DNA from: Dehalococcoidia bacterium
GTDB taxonomy: Bacteria; Chloroflexota; Dehalococcoidia; DSTF01; CAZFGZ01
Assembly (NCBI GenBank): GCA_049678585.1
Contig: JBAUEL010000110.1
Coordinates: 11,221-75,220, forward strand
DNA: 64,000 nt
Reading direction: 5' to 3'
In this document: positions 9,533-18,267 of the stretch, one piece after another
Numbering within the stretch: position 1 is the first letter of the stretch
Layout of the letters: every line of letters begins with the position of its first letter
Notes under the pieces: model-generated
Databases searched by the model: none
Seen by the model: only the letters and a program-made list of their open reading frames with translations
What the model was told of the DNA's origin: nothing
Made by a program: the position numbers and the translations under genes

Positions 9533-11796
9533 GGGTTCCCGGAAACCTCGTCCGGCGCTGCTGGCGCGACAAGGTAGGCGGTTACATCGCCTCCCTCCCA
9601 CAAGGGCCGGAAGTAGGGAGACCCCTCCAGCCAGGCTAGCGTCGCGAAGTCAGCTGGGTCACCGTACACCGGATTCTTGAGGTGTCGATCGACCAGGGCG
9701 AAGGTGATCCCATGTTCCCGGATCAAGTCCTCGCTGACGAATGACTGCAGCCCGGACGCGTCGCCGGGGGGATTGCCCTGGAGGGTGAAGAGCAGGGTCA
9801 TCTCGGCCCGAGGCGATCCCGGCTTCACCTCAGCCACGACCATGTCCTCGCCGGGAGGCAGCGTGAGCGTCGCCTCCTCCCCTTCACCGCCGAGCAGGTC
9901 GATGAAGACGCCGACCTGCCAGGGGCCGAGGTGGTCCCCGCCGCTGAATGGGGAGGCCTGCTGCACCGGCACGACTACCTTCGTGACCGGGCCGGTCTCG
10001 GATTCCAGTCTCAGGACGACGGTCACGTACTCGCCGTGCTCAGGCAGCGTGACCTCCTTGACGACGCGGAGACCGTCCAGCTCGTACGTACGCCGGTCAA
10101 CGAAGGCACCGCTCTCCACAGCGGTTACCGATTCCTGAAACTCGGCGTCGGCCAGCGTCACCCGCCGCAAGGCGGGGCCAGCGCCGTACTCAATCTCGAT
10201 CAGACTGTCATCGAGATAGAGGAGGTGCTTTAGCTCCCCGTTGTCGATGCCCAAGGCCGGATCCATCGGCACGTCCCCAGCGATGTAGGCGTCCGCGACG
10301 AAGACTAAGCCGTTGGTCGTCACCCGGTCCCCTGCCAGTAGGGCGCTGCCGATGAGTGTCTGCGCCCGCCGCTCAGCCCTCGTGAATATTCTGCGCTGGC
10401 TGGCCTCATACACGCGCCGGCCGGCCAGTCCCTCGGCCCACCATCCCAGCCCCCTCAAGTTGGCCACACCCGCGCCTGCCGGAGCGTTCCGGTCCACAGC
10501 CTCGATGGCCGTCACGTGCTCCGGCCGCAGGTACCCGTAGTACACCGCCGCCTCCTTCACCAGAGAATGTCCTCTCCACATCGTGAAGGTAGCCAGCGAG
10601 GCCAGCACCGCCAGGACACAGACGGAGCCCACCGCTGCAATCCGCCTGCCGCGGGCAGCCTGCACGAGGGCGTCGGCGCCCACGGCAAAGCCGAGCCAGA
10701 CGGGCACATAGAGGAAGTAGAGCGACCGTCTCCCTACTGCGCCCGTAACCAGCATGTCAAGGGCGAAGGGGACGAAGAACAGGGTCAAGGGGAGCGCGCT
10801 TGCAACGGGACTCCGGCGAAAGAGGACGACAGCCCCCGCAAGGGCCACAAGTGCGAGGGCCGCCCAGAGAAGAGGATGGTCGGCGGGGAAGGAGAAGAAG
10901 TAGCGGAGGTTGTCCCATCCGCCGCGCAAACCATCCAACGAGTGGACGACCGTGAGATACATTTCGCTCCCGACGGCGCTCGACTGGCGGAGGTAGATGG
11001 GAACGAGGGGCAGCGATAGGACCGCTGCGACGAGCACCGCCGGCAGCAGCCTAACCACTCTCCCGCGAAGGCGACCTCCAACGGTGAGGGCGACGGCGGC
11101 GAAGGCGAGCGCCGTGGCCACATAGATGAACGCACTGATCTGGTGGGTACCCACCAGCGCCCACGAGGCGAGCGCCAGTGCGAGCACCTTCCCTCTATCG
11201 AACGATGGCGCCGTCAGGATCTCATGGATGAGGTAGAAGCACAGCGTGAACAGGCCAACACCGACCAGCGTCAGGAAGCCCCAGGAGACCGCGTCCATGT
11301 ACCTCAGGGAGAACATGAAGGGAAGCGAGACTGCGAGGGCGACGGCCTTCCCCGTGAAGCGAGAGCACAGCAGATAGAACGGGACACCAATCAGCACCGA
11401 GGCCGCCACAGCCAGGAGTTTCGTCGCTTCGAGGGGCCCGAAGAGCTGCACCATGGGCCAGAGCGCAACCCCGACCAGCGGCGGCCGCCGCAGCCCCTCA
11501 CCGGTCACATCAGTCCCGAAGAGCTGTTGCATCGTCGCCAGGTAGTTTCCCGCATCGATGCCCAGCGCGACCTGCGACCGGAGGGTAACCATCCGGTAGG
11601 CGAAGACCGCGGCGAGCGCCACCGCGAGGGCAATGGCGAATCGATGGCGCCCCAGCCATCGAAGCGACACCCGGCTCAGCTCCGGCAGCCTCGTTACCTG
11701 TTCTGTCAGTGCCCAGTCTTGCAGCACTGGACCCGATCCCTCGGACAGAGTGCGATGCCCAGCACGGGCTCGTCCTTGCGCGATACGTCGCCACAC
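9529..11796 (-). CDS. Polytopic membrane protein with a large C-terminal extracytoplasmic domain, likely a GT-C-fold glycosyltransferase. It is a paralog of the 24736..26334 gene.
   Basis: At least 10 hydrophobic helices in the N-terminal 430 aa, then a roughly 330-aa soluble domain. The N-terminal helices align with the 24736 ORF (GVPFYLLCSRF vs AVPFYLILRRG; FTLCFYLIHE vs LTVYWLMDG). Confidence 0.55.
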   Translation of the reverse strand: MWRRIAQGRARAGHRTLSEGSGPVLQDWALTEQVTRLPELSRVSLRWLGRHRFAIALAVALAAVFAYRMVTLRSQVALGIDAGNYLATMQQLFGTDVTGEGLRRPPLVGVALWPMVQLFGPLEATKLLAVAASVLIGVPFYLLCSRFTGKAVALAVSLPFMFSLRYMDAVSWGFLTLVGVGLFTLCFYLIHEILTAPSFDRGKVLALALASWALVGTHQISAFIYVATALAFAAVALTVGGRLRGRVVRLLPAVLVAAVLSLPLVPIYLRQSSAVGSEMYLTVVHSLDGLRGGWDNLRYFFSFPADHPLLWAALALVALAGAVVLFRRSPVASALPLTLFFVPFALDMLVTGAVGRRSLYFLYVPVWLGFAVGADALVQAARGRRIAAVGSVCVLAVLASLATFTMWRGHSLVKEAAVYYGYLRPEHVTAIEAVDRNAPAGAGVANLRGLGWWAEGLAGRRVYEASQRRIFTRAERRAQTLIGSALLAGDRVTTNGLVFVADAYIAGDVPMDPALGIDNGELKHLLYLDDSLIEIEYGAGPALRRVTLADAEFQESVTAVESGAFVDRRTYELDGLRVVKEVTLPEHGEYVTVVLRLESETGPVTKVVVPVQQASPFSGGDHLGPWQVGVFIDLLGGEGEEATLTLPPGEDMVVAEVKPGSPRAEMTLLFTLQGNPPGDASGLQSFVSEDLIREHGITFALVDRHLKNPVYGDPADFATLAWLEGSPYFRPLWEGGDVTAYLVAPAAPDEVSGNP

Positions 11797-11989
11797 GATT
11801 ATGGGTTAGCACGGATGCCGACACTATTGGGGGAAACCCTGTCTCCCCCGGTCCGACATCCCGCACAATGCTGCCGCGCGAACCCTGCTTCTAGGGGGGA
11901 TGAACCCGCAGGATGCGGGCAGTCCCCTATCGCCGCCGGCACTCTGCCCATCGATACTGTAGCCCGAGTAGAAGGACGCTCACATAGCC

Positions 11990-12826
11990 GTGCAGAGTCT
12001 CCGCGCCAGCAACGAAAGAACCTACGACGCCTCGGCAGCGCGATGGGGCCGGCGTGTCTCGAAGCGGGTAGTTCTTAGCGGAGGAAGGGGTTACAGGCGA
12101 CGCAACGAGAGGTTTGCCCGGTTTCTGGGCCTGACGGCCGACGCCCGGGTCATCGAGTTCGGGAGCGGCATCGGCACCCTTACGCTGACCCTCGCCGCCC
12201 TTGGATGCAGGATGACCGCAACCGATGTCTCACAGGGGGAACTCGATCTACTTCGGGGAAACGCCGAGACGCTGGCCCTCGCCGACCGACTCGAGATGGA
12301 GAGGGGAGATCCCGCCTCCCTCCCCTCCGACTGGCAGGGGACGTTTGACTTCGCCGTGACGTCCAGCGTGCTCCACCACGTCGAAGACCCCTTCGAATTC
12401 GTGCGGTCCATGGCACGGTTCGTGAAGCCGGGCGACTGGTGCGGAGGCCTCGAGCCGAACGCCGCATCCCCCGTCATGCGCTTGATCCAGGAGGTCGGGT
12501 TCTGGCTGCCCAGGTACGTCTTGGGCGACCGTGCTGCGGAGAAGAACTTCCACACCAGCACGGCGCACCGTTTGCACGCCTACGCGACGCGCGCGGGGCT
12601 GCAGAACGTGGAAGTGGTGAAAGTGGACCTTTTCCCCAGGCCTCTCCTGAGCCGCCTGCCGTTCCTCCACGCTGTCGAAGACCGCCTCACCTCATTGCGG
12701 CTCGTCAAGCCCCTCTGCATCACGCTGTTCTGGAGGGGGCAGAAACCGGGCCCGTCAGGCGACGGCCGGTGCCGACCGCGTGGTTACCAGTTCCGCGCGG
12801 AGGGAAGCCCAGCCGTGGGGGTATGA
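11990..12826 (+). CDS. Class I SAM-dependent methyltransferase
   Basis: Motif I VIEFGSGIGTL followed by DFAVTSSVLHHV (motif II/III-like). GTG start at 11990. The true start is uncertain because there is no internal ATG before the methyltransferase fold. Confidence 0.6.
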   Translation: MQSLRASNERTYDASAARWGRRVSKRVVLSGGRGYRRRNERFARFLGLTADARVIEFGSGIGTLTLTLAALGCRMTATDVSQGELDLLRGNAETLALADRLEMERGDPASLPSDWQGTFDFAVTSSVLHHVEDPFEFVRSMARFVKPGDWCGGLEPNAASPVMRLIQEVGFWLPRYVLGDRAAEKNFHTSTAHRLHAYATRAGLQNVEVVKVDLFPRPLLSRLPFLHAVEDRLTSLRLVKPLCITLFWRGQKPGPSGDGRCRPRGYQFRAEGSPAVGV

Positions 12827-12917
12827 GAGATGTCGCAACGGCCGCAGCGTGTCGTCGCCATCGGCCTGGCCAACGTCTAGCTGATCTCGGCGCCTCGATC
12901 TCCCGAAGGAGGTAAGT

Positions 12918-13904
12918 GTGGGGCCACGGCGGTGTCTCGGCTGGGGGATTCGATTCGCGGGACTCCTAATCCTCCCGCTGCTGATCTGGCTGGGCGTTGA
13001 CGTCGGGTCGACGGTCGATATCATCCGCCAAGCAAACGGTTCCCTGGTACTTGCGGCCATCGCACTCACGATGGCTGGGGTGCTCCTGCGGGTTTGGCGC
13101 TGGCGGGTCGTAGCCAGGGCCTGCGGCGTCCCATACACGAGATACCTCGACTACTTGAGACTCTACTTCACCGGCCTGTTCGCCGGCACAGCGATGCCTC
13201 AAGTTGCGGCTGTATTCGTGCCCGCGCTTTTCATCTCTGGGGAAGGCGGACCCTGGCGACGCGCCGCCGTGAGCATTCTCCTGGACAGGTCGCTGGAGAT
13301 GGTGCTGCTCCTCGGCTTTGCCCTGTGGGGGGCTTTCTACCTGTTCCCGGCCGCGTCGCCTGCCGTTTTCGCTGCGGCTGGGGCAGTTTGCCTCGGAGGA
13401 GCCGGCATGCTCGCTTTGGGTTACGCCGGGAGGCGCAGGCGTGTGAACAGCCGTCGCCTGCGGCATCTCACCGCACGCTTCTTCAGCTTCGCCAAGGTCG
13501 AGCAGTGGGGCCCAACGGCGAAGGCGTTGAGCGGATCCCTAGGTCCGCTGGCCCTGGCTTCACTCGTGATCCTTGCGTTGCAGGTTTCCGTGGCCGTGTC
13601 GCTGGCCGGCGCGCTTGACTTGCAGGTTTCCCTGGTCTTCCTCGTAGCAACGTACAGCCTCGTGCTCCTCGCGACGAGTCTACCGATCTCGGTGCTGGGA
13701 CTCGGCCCGCGGGAGGGCGTCCTCGTGGCCGTGCTCACGGCTTCGAGTGTGACAACTGAGGAGGCGCTGGCGCTCGGTATTCTGCTGTCCAGCGTAGTAA
13801 TCGCGACGCGCCTGCCGGGCGTGGTGCCGTGGTTCTGGCACCGGCGAGCGAGTACGTCGGCCCCGACGCTGAAGGATGACCTCAGGTTCATACGCAGCGA
13901 CTAA
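12918..13904 (+). CDS. UPF0104 / lysyl-phosphatidylglycerol-synthase-TM (MprF flippase-like) family integral membrane protein
   Basis: 328 aa with about 8 TM helices. The N-terminal helix is followed by the conserved R/W-rich loop (LRVWRWRVV). Strong RBS AAGGAGGT 5 nt before the GTG start. Paralogous to 26350..27459 (LRYLRWRRLL). Confidence 0.6.
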   Translation: MGPRRCLGWGIRFAGLLILPLLIWLGVDVGSTVDIIRQANGSLVLAAIALTMAGVLLRVWRWRVVARACGVPYTRYLDYLRLYFTGLFAGTAMPQVAAVFVPALFISGEGGPWRRAAVSILLDRSLEMVLLLGFALWGAFYLFPAASPAVFAAAGAVCLGGAGMLALGYAGRRRRVNSRRLRHLTARFFSFAKVEQWGPTAKALSGSLGPLALASLVILALQVSVAVSLAGALDLQVSLVFLVATYSLVLLATSLPISVLGLGPREGVLVAVLTASSVTTEEALALGILLSSVVIATRLPGVVPWFWHRRASTSAPTLKDDLRFIRSD

Positions 13905-14098
13905 CGCTCCTTTCGGCGGTCCATCCGGTGCGATGCCTGCAGCCAAAGCCGACACCAATGGTGACACTGCTCCGGAAGCCTGGAGCCAAGCCTTCAGGGA
14001 ATCCCTCTGCCGATAGCAAAGAACAGCCCAATCACCGGACCCCGTATGCCCAGGGCGCGCGGCATCGATAGAGGCGAGTCGGTGCGGCGGGAGGCCGC

Positions 14099-14710
14099 CT
14101 ACCAGCTCCTGTACTCCTCGCTCATCCTGCGGTACTCGATGAGCGGCTCGTCGATGGCCTTGGCGGCCAGGATGATCTGACACGATTCCTCCAGGCAGGA
14201 GACCCACTGGAACGCCTCGTCCAGCGTCTGACCGATGGCGAAGCAGCCGTGCCCCCTCAGCATGACGATCTTGTACTCCCGCAGGGCCGGCGGGATCTTC
14301 TTCTCAAGCTCGCCCGAGCCCGAGGCCAACTCCGCGGCGACGACAGGGACCCTGTGCAGCAGGTAGGACCCCTCGACGTCGATGGGCACGATCTCATCGC
14401 GCGAGAGGGAGAGGGCGATGGCGGTGCGCGGGTGGGCGTGGAGGATGGCCAGAGCGGGCGTGGCCAGGTAGATGGCGCGGTGTACGACCAGCTCGGTGGA
14501 GGCCAGTGCGATGCCGCTGTCCGGCTTCTCCAGCCCCGTCTCGATGAGGTCGCCTTCTTTCAGGCGGCCCAGCATGGCCCCGCGTCGCTTGATGACCACG
14601 CGGTCGCCGAAGCGCATACTCATGTTGCCCCCGTGCGAGGAGATCAGCCCGCCCACGTACAGGTCGCGGCCGATCTCCTGGAACTGGCGGAATACCTGCT
14701 TGTCGATCAT
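14099..14710 (-). CDS. Class II aldolase/adducin-family protein (L-fuculose-/rhamnulose-phosphate aldolase-like)
   Basis: The class II aldolase fold shows in the GNMSMRFGDRVVIK / GIALASTELVVHRAIY / AILHAHP regions, with His zinc ligands. 203 aa. Confidence 0.7.
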   Translation of the reverse strand: MIDKQVFRQFQEIGRDLYVGGLISSHGGNMSMRFGDRVVIKRRGAMLGRLKEGDLIETGLEKPDSGIALASTELVVHRAIYLATPALAILHAHPRTAIALSLSRDEIVPIDVEGSYLLHRVPVVAAELASGSGELEKKIPPALREYKIVMLRGHGCFAIGQTLDEAFQWVSCLEESCQIILAAKAIDEPLIEYRRMSEEYRSW

Positions 14711-14725
14711 GCTCGCTCTCCGGTC

Positions 14726-16507
14726 TCAGCAGGCCAGGTCCAGCAACTCCAGCTCCTCTAGCTTGTGGCGCGAGGGCACGCCCTGGGCGTCCCAACCCCG
14801 GAAGCGATAGTACTCGTCGAGCATCTCCAGCAGGTGTGACACCCAGCCCTCGCTCGGCCCGCCCGGCGCCGGCTCCTCGAGCAGGCGGCGGGGCAGGGTG
14901 TCGTCCGCACGGGTGAAGCCCTCGCGGAGATTGTACAGCCGCTCCAGGTTCCAGATGCGCTCGCCGGCCCGGATGAGGTCGCCGGTGGAGTAGGGGATGC
15001 CGCTAACGGAGGTGAGGGCGCGGGCGTAGTACTCCTCGGCTACGGCCATGCTGGTGAACTTGCAGACGACCAGCGAATCGACGGCCGCGGCGCTGTTCTG
15101 GTGGAGGATGACCATGCCCGCCTTGCCCCGCACCTGGAAGCGGTCGATGAGCTTGGGGAGGCCGAGCACCTCCGGCCCCAGCATGTTGCCGCGCATGTGG
15201 CAGGCGCCGCGATTGGAGGTGGCGTAGAGGAGGCCCTGGCCCTGCATGCCACGGGGGTCGTAGGCAGGCATCTCCAGCCCCTTGACCGTCATGGAGTATT
15301 GTGCTGCGCCGTGGCGCTCGGCGAAGCGGCGGCTCCCCTCGGCCAGCTCGCCGCCGAGCCCCTGGCGGCAGGCGATGGCGCGGATGGTGTCGTGGAGGAG
15401 ATCGGCGCGGCCGAAGCGGAGGTCGCCCTTGACGATGCCGCGCTCCGCCAGCTCCATGGCGCAGGCGATGGTGGCACCGGTGGAGATGGTATCGAGGCCC
15501 AGGTCGTTGCAGAGGTAGTTGGCCTCGGCGATCGCCTCCAAGTCGGCGATGCCGCAGGTCGCACCCAGCGCCCAGAGCGATTCGTACTCGGGACCCTCGC
15601 CTTCCTGGTGGGAGGTCCTGGTGACCCGCGTACAGGCGATGGGGCAGGCCCAGCAGGCGGTGTTCTTCACCAGCAGGCTATCGGTGAGGGCCTCGCCGGA
15701 GATCTCCTCGGCGCGCTCGAAGCGGGCCTGCTGGAAGTTGCGCGTGGGCAGGGCACCGATGGCGTTGACGATGTTCATGACCACAGCCGTCCCGAACCGC
15801 GGGAGGGCCTGCGAGGTGAGGGGGCTCGCCGTCAGGTGCTTGGTCACCTCGTATCGGATGAAGCGGAAGCGCTCGCGGTCGGCAAGCCCGGGCTTCTCCT
15901 CCCCTTCGACCACGACGGCTTTCAGGTTCTTGGAGCCCATGACAGCGCCCGGACCGCCGCGCGCGAGCGAGCGCGTGCCGTCGTTCATGATGGCCGCAAG
16001 GCGCACCAGGTTCTCGCCGGCCGGGCCGATGCAGAGCACGTTGCGGCGGGGCCCCTGCCCCAGCGCCTCCGTCGTCTGGGAGACGGTCTTGCCCCAGAGA
16101 TGGGAAGCATCGTGCAGCGTGGCGCCCGCGGGCGTCACCTCCAGGTAGACAGGGCTTTCCGCCCGACCCCTCACGATGAGCGCGTCGTAGCCGGTGCGCT
16201 TGAAGCGCATGCCCCAGAAGCCGCCGGAGTTGGCGTCGAGGACGGTGCCGGTCAGGGGCGACTTGGTGGAGACGGAGAAGCGGTTGCTGGTCTGGAAGGC
16301 CGTGGCCGTCAGCGGACCGCTGCAGAAGATCAGGGCGTTATCGGGCGACAAGGGCTCGACCTCGGGGCCCACCAGGTCCCAGAGCAGGCGCGCACCCAGG
16401 CCGCGTCCGCCCAGGAAGAGCCGGGCCATATCGGCATCGAGCGGACGCGAGCGGATGGCCCCGGTGCCCAGGTCGACCTCCAGGAGCTTCCCCATCCATC
16501 CGTACAT
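14726..16507 (-). CDS. Tungsten-containing aldehyde:ferredoxin oxidoreductase (AOR family)
   Basis: N-terminal AOR domain (MYGWMGKLLEVDLGTG...PLDADMARLFLGGRGLG...ALIFCSGPLT). C-terminal tungstopterin/4Fe-4S-binding region with CWACPIAC. 593 aa. Confidence 0.85.
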   Translation of the reverse strand: MYGWMGKLLEVDLGTGAIRSRPLDADMARLFLGGRGLGARLLWDLVGPEVEPLSPDNALIFCSGPLTATAFQTSNRFSVSTKSPLTGTVLDANSGGFWGMRFKRTGYDALIVRGRAESPVYLEVTPAGATLHDASHLWGKTVSQTTEALGQGPRRNVLCIGPAGENLVRLAAIMNDGTRSLARGGPGAVMGSKNLKAVVVEGEEKPGLADRERFRFIRYEVTKHLTASPLTSQALPRFGTAVVMNIVNAIGALPTRNFQQARFERAEEISGEALTDSLLVKNTACWACPIACTRVTRTSHQEGEGPEYESLWALGATCGIADLEAIAEANYLCNDLGLDTISTGATIACAMELAERGIVKGDLRFGRADLLHDTIRAIACRQGLGGELAEGSRRFAERHGAAQYSMTVKGLEMPAYDPRGMQGQGLLYATSNRGACHMRGNMLGPEVLGLPKLIDRFQVRGKAGMVILHQNSAAAVDSLVVCKFTSMAVAEEYYARALTSVSGIPYSTGDLIRAGERIWNLERLYNLREGFTRADDTLPRRLLEEPAPGGPSEGWVSHLLEMLDEYYRFRGWDAQGVPSRHKLEELELLDLAC

Positions 16508-16549
16508 GCGCGCACCTCGCGTCCGGCCGCTCTGACTACGGGGGGCCTA

Positions 16550-17773
16550 TCAGCCGGTCGGAAAGCCGCCGCCTGCCCCCGAGGCCGCGCCACGCTCGGC
16601 GGCCACCTTCTGCTCGTAGCCGCTGGCCCTGAGGGCGGCCAGGGGGTCGGCGTCCAGCCCCATCTCCAGGCGCACCTGGGCCAGCAGGGGGCGGACGTCG
16701 GTCTCGAAGGCGTCAGTCAGGGCGCGATGGGCGCCCAGCACATCGCCGGCGGCCTGCCGCTCCGCCAGGTCCTTTCGGTCAACGATAAGGGCGCGAGCAT
16801 AGGCGGCCTGCACGTTGAGGACCGATTGCACCATCGCCTCGATCTTGGGCTCGATGTTGTGGCTCTGGTCGATCATATAGGCCACGTCACGGGCCGTCTC
16901 GCCCGCGGCCACCAGTTCATTGTAGATGAGGAACAGCTCGAAGGGATTAACCGTGCCCACGATGAGGTCGTCGTCGGCGTACTTGCGGGCGTTGAAGTGG
17001 AAGCCGCCCAGCCTGCCCTCGTCCAGCAGGAAGGCCACGATGTGCTCGATGTTCGTCCCCTGGGGGTGGTGCCCGGTGTCCACCAGGACCTGCGCCTGAG
17101 GCCCCAGCTTTGTCGCCAGCGCGTAGGCAATGCCCCAGTCGTCGATGTCCGTGTGGTAGAAGGCCGGCTCGAAGAACTTGTACTCGATGAGCATGCGCAT
17201 GCCTGCCAGCATGGCCGCGTACACCTGGCGGAGCGAGTCCAGCAGCCGTTGCTTGCGCTGGCGGATGGAGTCCTGCCCGGGGTAATTGGTGCCGTCGGCG
17301 AACCAGAGGCTCAGGAGCGTCGAGCCGGTGGCCCGGGCGATCTCCACGCACTCCAGGATATGCTCCACGGCCTGCCGCCGCACCGCCGGGTCGGGATGGC
17401 ACACGCTGCCGAGCCTGTAGGCGTCGTCCTGGAACAGGTTGGGGTTGATGGCGCCGATGCGCAGCCCCAGCGACTCCGCATGGGCCCTCAGTTCGGCCCA
17501 GTCGTCCACCTTATCCCAGGGGATGTGCAGCGCCAGCGACGGGCAGATGCCGGTGAGCCTGTGCACCATGGCCGCATCGGCCAGCCTCTCGCGCACGTCG
17601 CGGGCGGCGCCGGGCCAGGGGAAGGTCTTGAAGCGGGTGCCGCTGTCGCCGTAGCCCCACGAGGGGGTCTCGATGCACTGCGCCTTCAGTGCGCTCTTGA
17701 CGCCCTCGATGTCCAGGCCACGGTCGGCTAGCCGCGCCGCCAGCATGTCGTATGCTTCGGAATGATGGTCCAC
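16550..17773 (-). CDS. rhaI: L-rhamnose isomerase of the xylose-isomerase-like TIM barrel type (actinobacterial / P. stutzeri type)
   Basis: 407 aa. N-terminal [19 protein letters not shown] and internal HIPWD ... [16 protein letters not shown] fit the metal-dependent sugar isomerase TIM-barrel family. It sits next to a GH78 rhamnosidase. Confidence 0.65.
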   Translation of the reverse strand: MDHHSEAYDMLAARLADRGLDIEGVKSALKAQCIETPSWGYGDSGTRFKTFPWPGAARDVRERLADAAMVHRLTGICPSLALHIPWDKVDDWAELRAHAESLGLRIGAINPNLFQDDAYRLGSVCHPDPAVRRQAVEHILECVEIARATGSTLLSLWFADGTNYPGQDSIRQRKQRLLDSLRQVYAAMLAGMRMLIEYKFFEPAFYHTDIDDWGIAYALATKLGPQAQVLVDTGHHPQGTNIEHIVAFLLDEGRLGGFHFNARKYADDDLIVGTVNPFELFLIYNELVAAGETARDVAYMIDQSHNIEPKIEAMVQSVLNVQAAYARALIVDRKDLAERQAAGDVLGAHRALTDAFETDVRPLLAQVRLEMGLDADPLAALRASGYEQKVAAERGAASGAGGGFPTG

Positions 17774-17802
17774 GTCAAGCCTCCCCCAGAGAGCCGGTCT
17801 CT

Positions 17803-18240
17803 CTAATCGACCGCCAGCGCCGTCACGCTCCGCGGCTCGATCTTGAGGATGACCCGTCGCTCCCCTGGCTGCCGGAACGGATACCGGTCCTGTCCCATGT
17901 ACTGCTTGGCCAGGCTATCGATGTGCTCCTCAGCGCCCTCACGCGTTATCTCGACGACGCGTCCCCGTATCGCTGCGAAGGCATAGGGGTTCGCCTGACT
18001 GATCACGTCCAGAGCCACCCGAGGGTCGCGGCGCACGTTCCGCGACTTCTGTCGATCCTCCGCCGTGTTCACCAGGATGTGCGTCCCGTCGTAGTCCACC
18101 CACACCGCCGTCACCTGAGGCGACCCGTCGGGCATCAGCGTCGCCAGGTGCGCGATGTTGGGCTCCTCAAGCAGCCTGCGTACCCCTGTCGATATCGTCG
18201 CCATCATCGCACCTCCTTGCGGCAGTGCTCTGCCGATCAC
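17803..18240 (-). CDS. PPOX-class (pyridoxamine 5'-phosphate oxidase-like) probable F420-dependent enzyme
   Basis: [32 protein letters not shown] matches the Rv1155-like split-barrel family. The true start is probably MMATIS at 18207. Confidence 0.6.
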   Translation of the reverse strand: MIGRALPQGGAMMATISTGVRRLLEEPNIAHLATLMPDGSPQVTAVWVDYDGTHILVNTAEDRQKSRNVRRDPRVALDVISQANPYAFAAIRGRVVEITREGAEEHIDSLAKQYMGQDRYPFRQPGERRVILKIEPRSVTALAVD

Positions 18241-18267
18241 CCGTGGGATCGCCTGGCCATCTCGCCC

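Noticed and set aside
12966-13466. 166-aa minus-strand ORF antisense to the UPF0104 gene
   Set aside because: It is antisense to a membrane protein gene supported by family-level similarity and a paralog. The translation is charged and low-complexity.
15101-17731. Very long antisense ORFs (876 aa at 15101-17731; also 578 aa at 17752-19488, 464 aa at 19603-20997, 469 aa at 21076-22485, 442 aa at 59463-60791, 391 aa at 60728-61903, 402 aa at 56226-57434 and others)
   Set aside because: They lie opposite genes that are well supported by conserved motifs. They have Ala/Arg/Gly/Pro-rich low-complexity translations typical of stop-codon-poor antisense frames in high-GC DNA. They have no recognisable domains.
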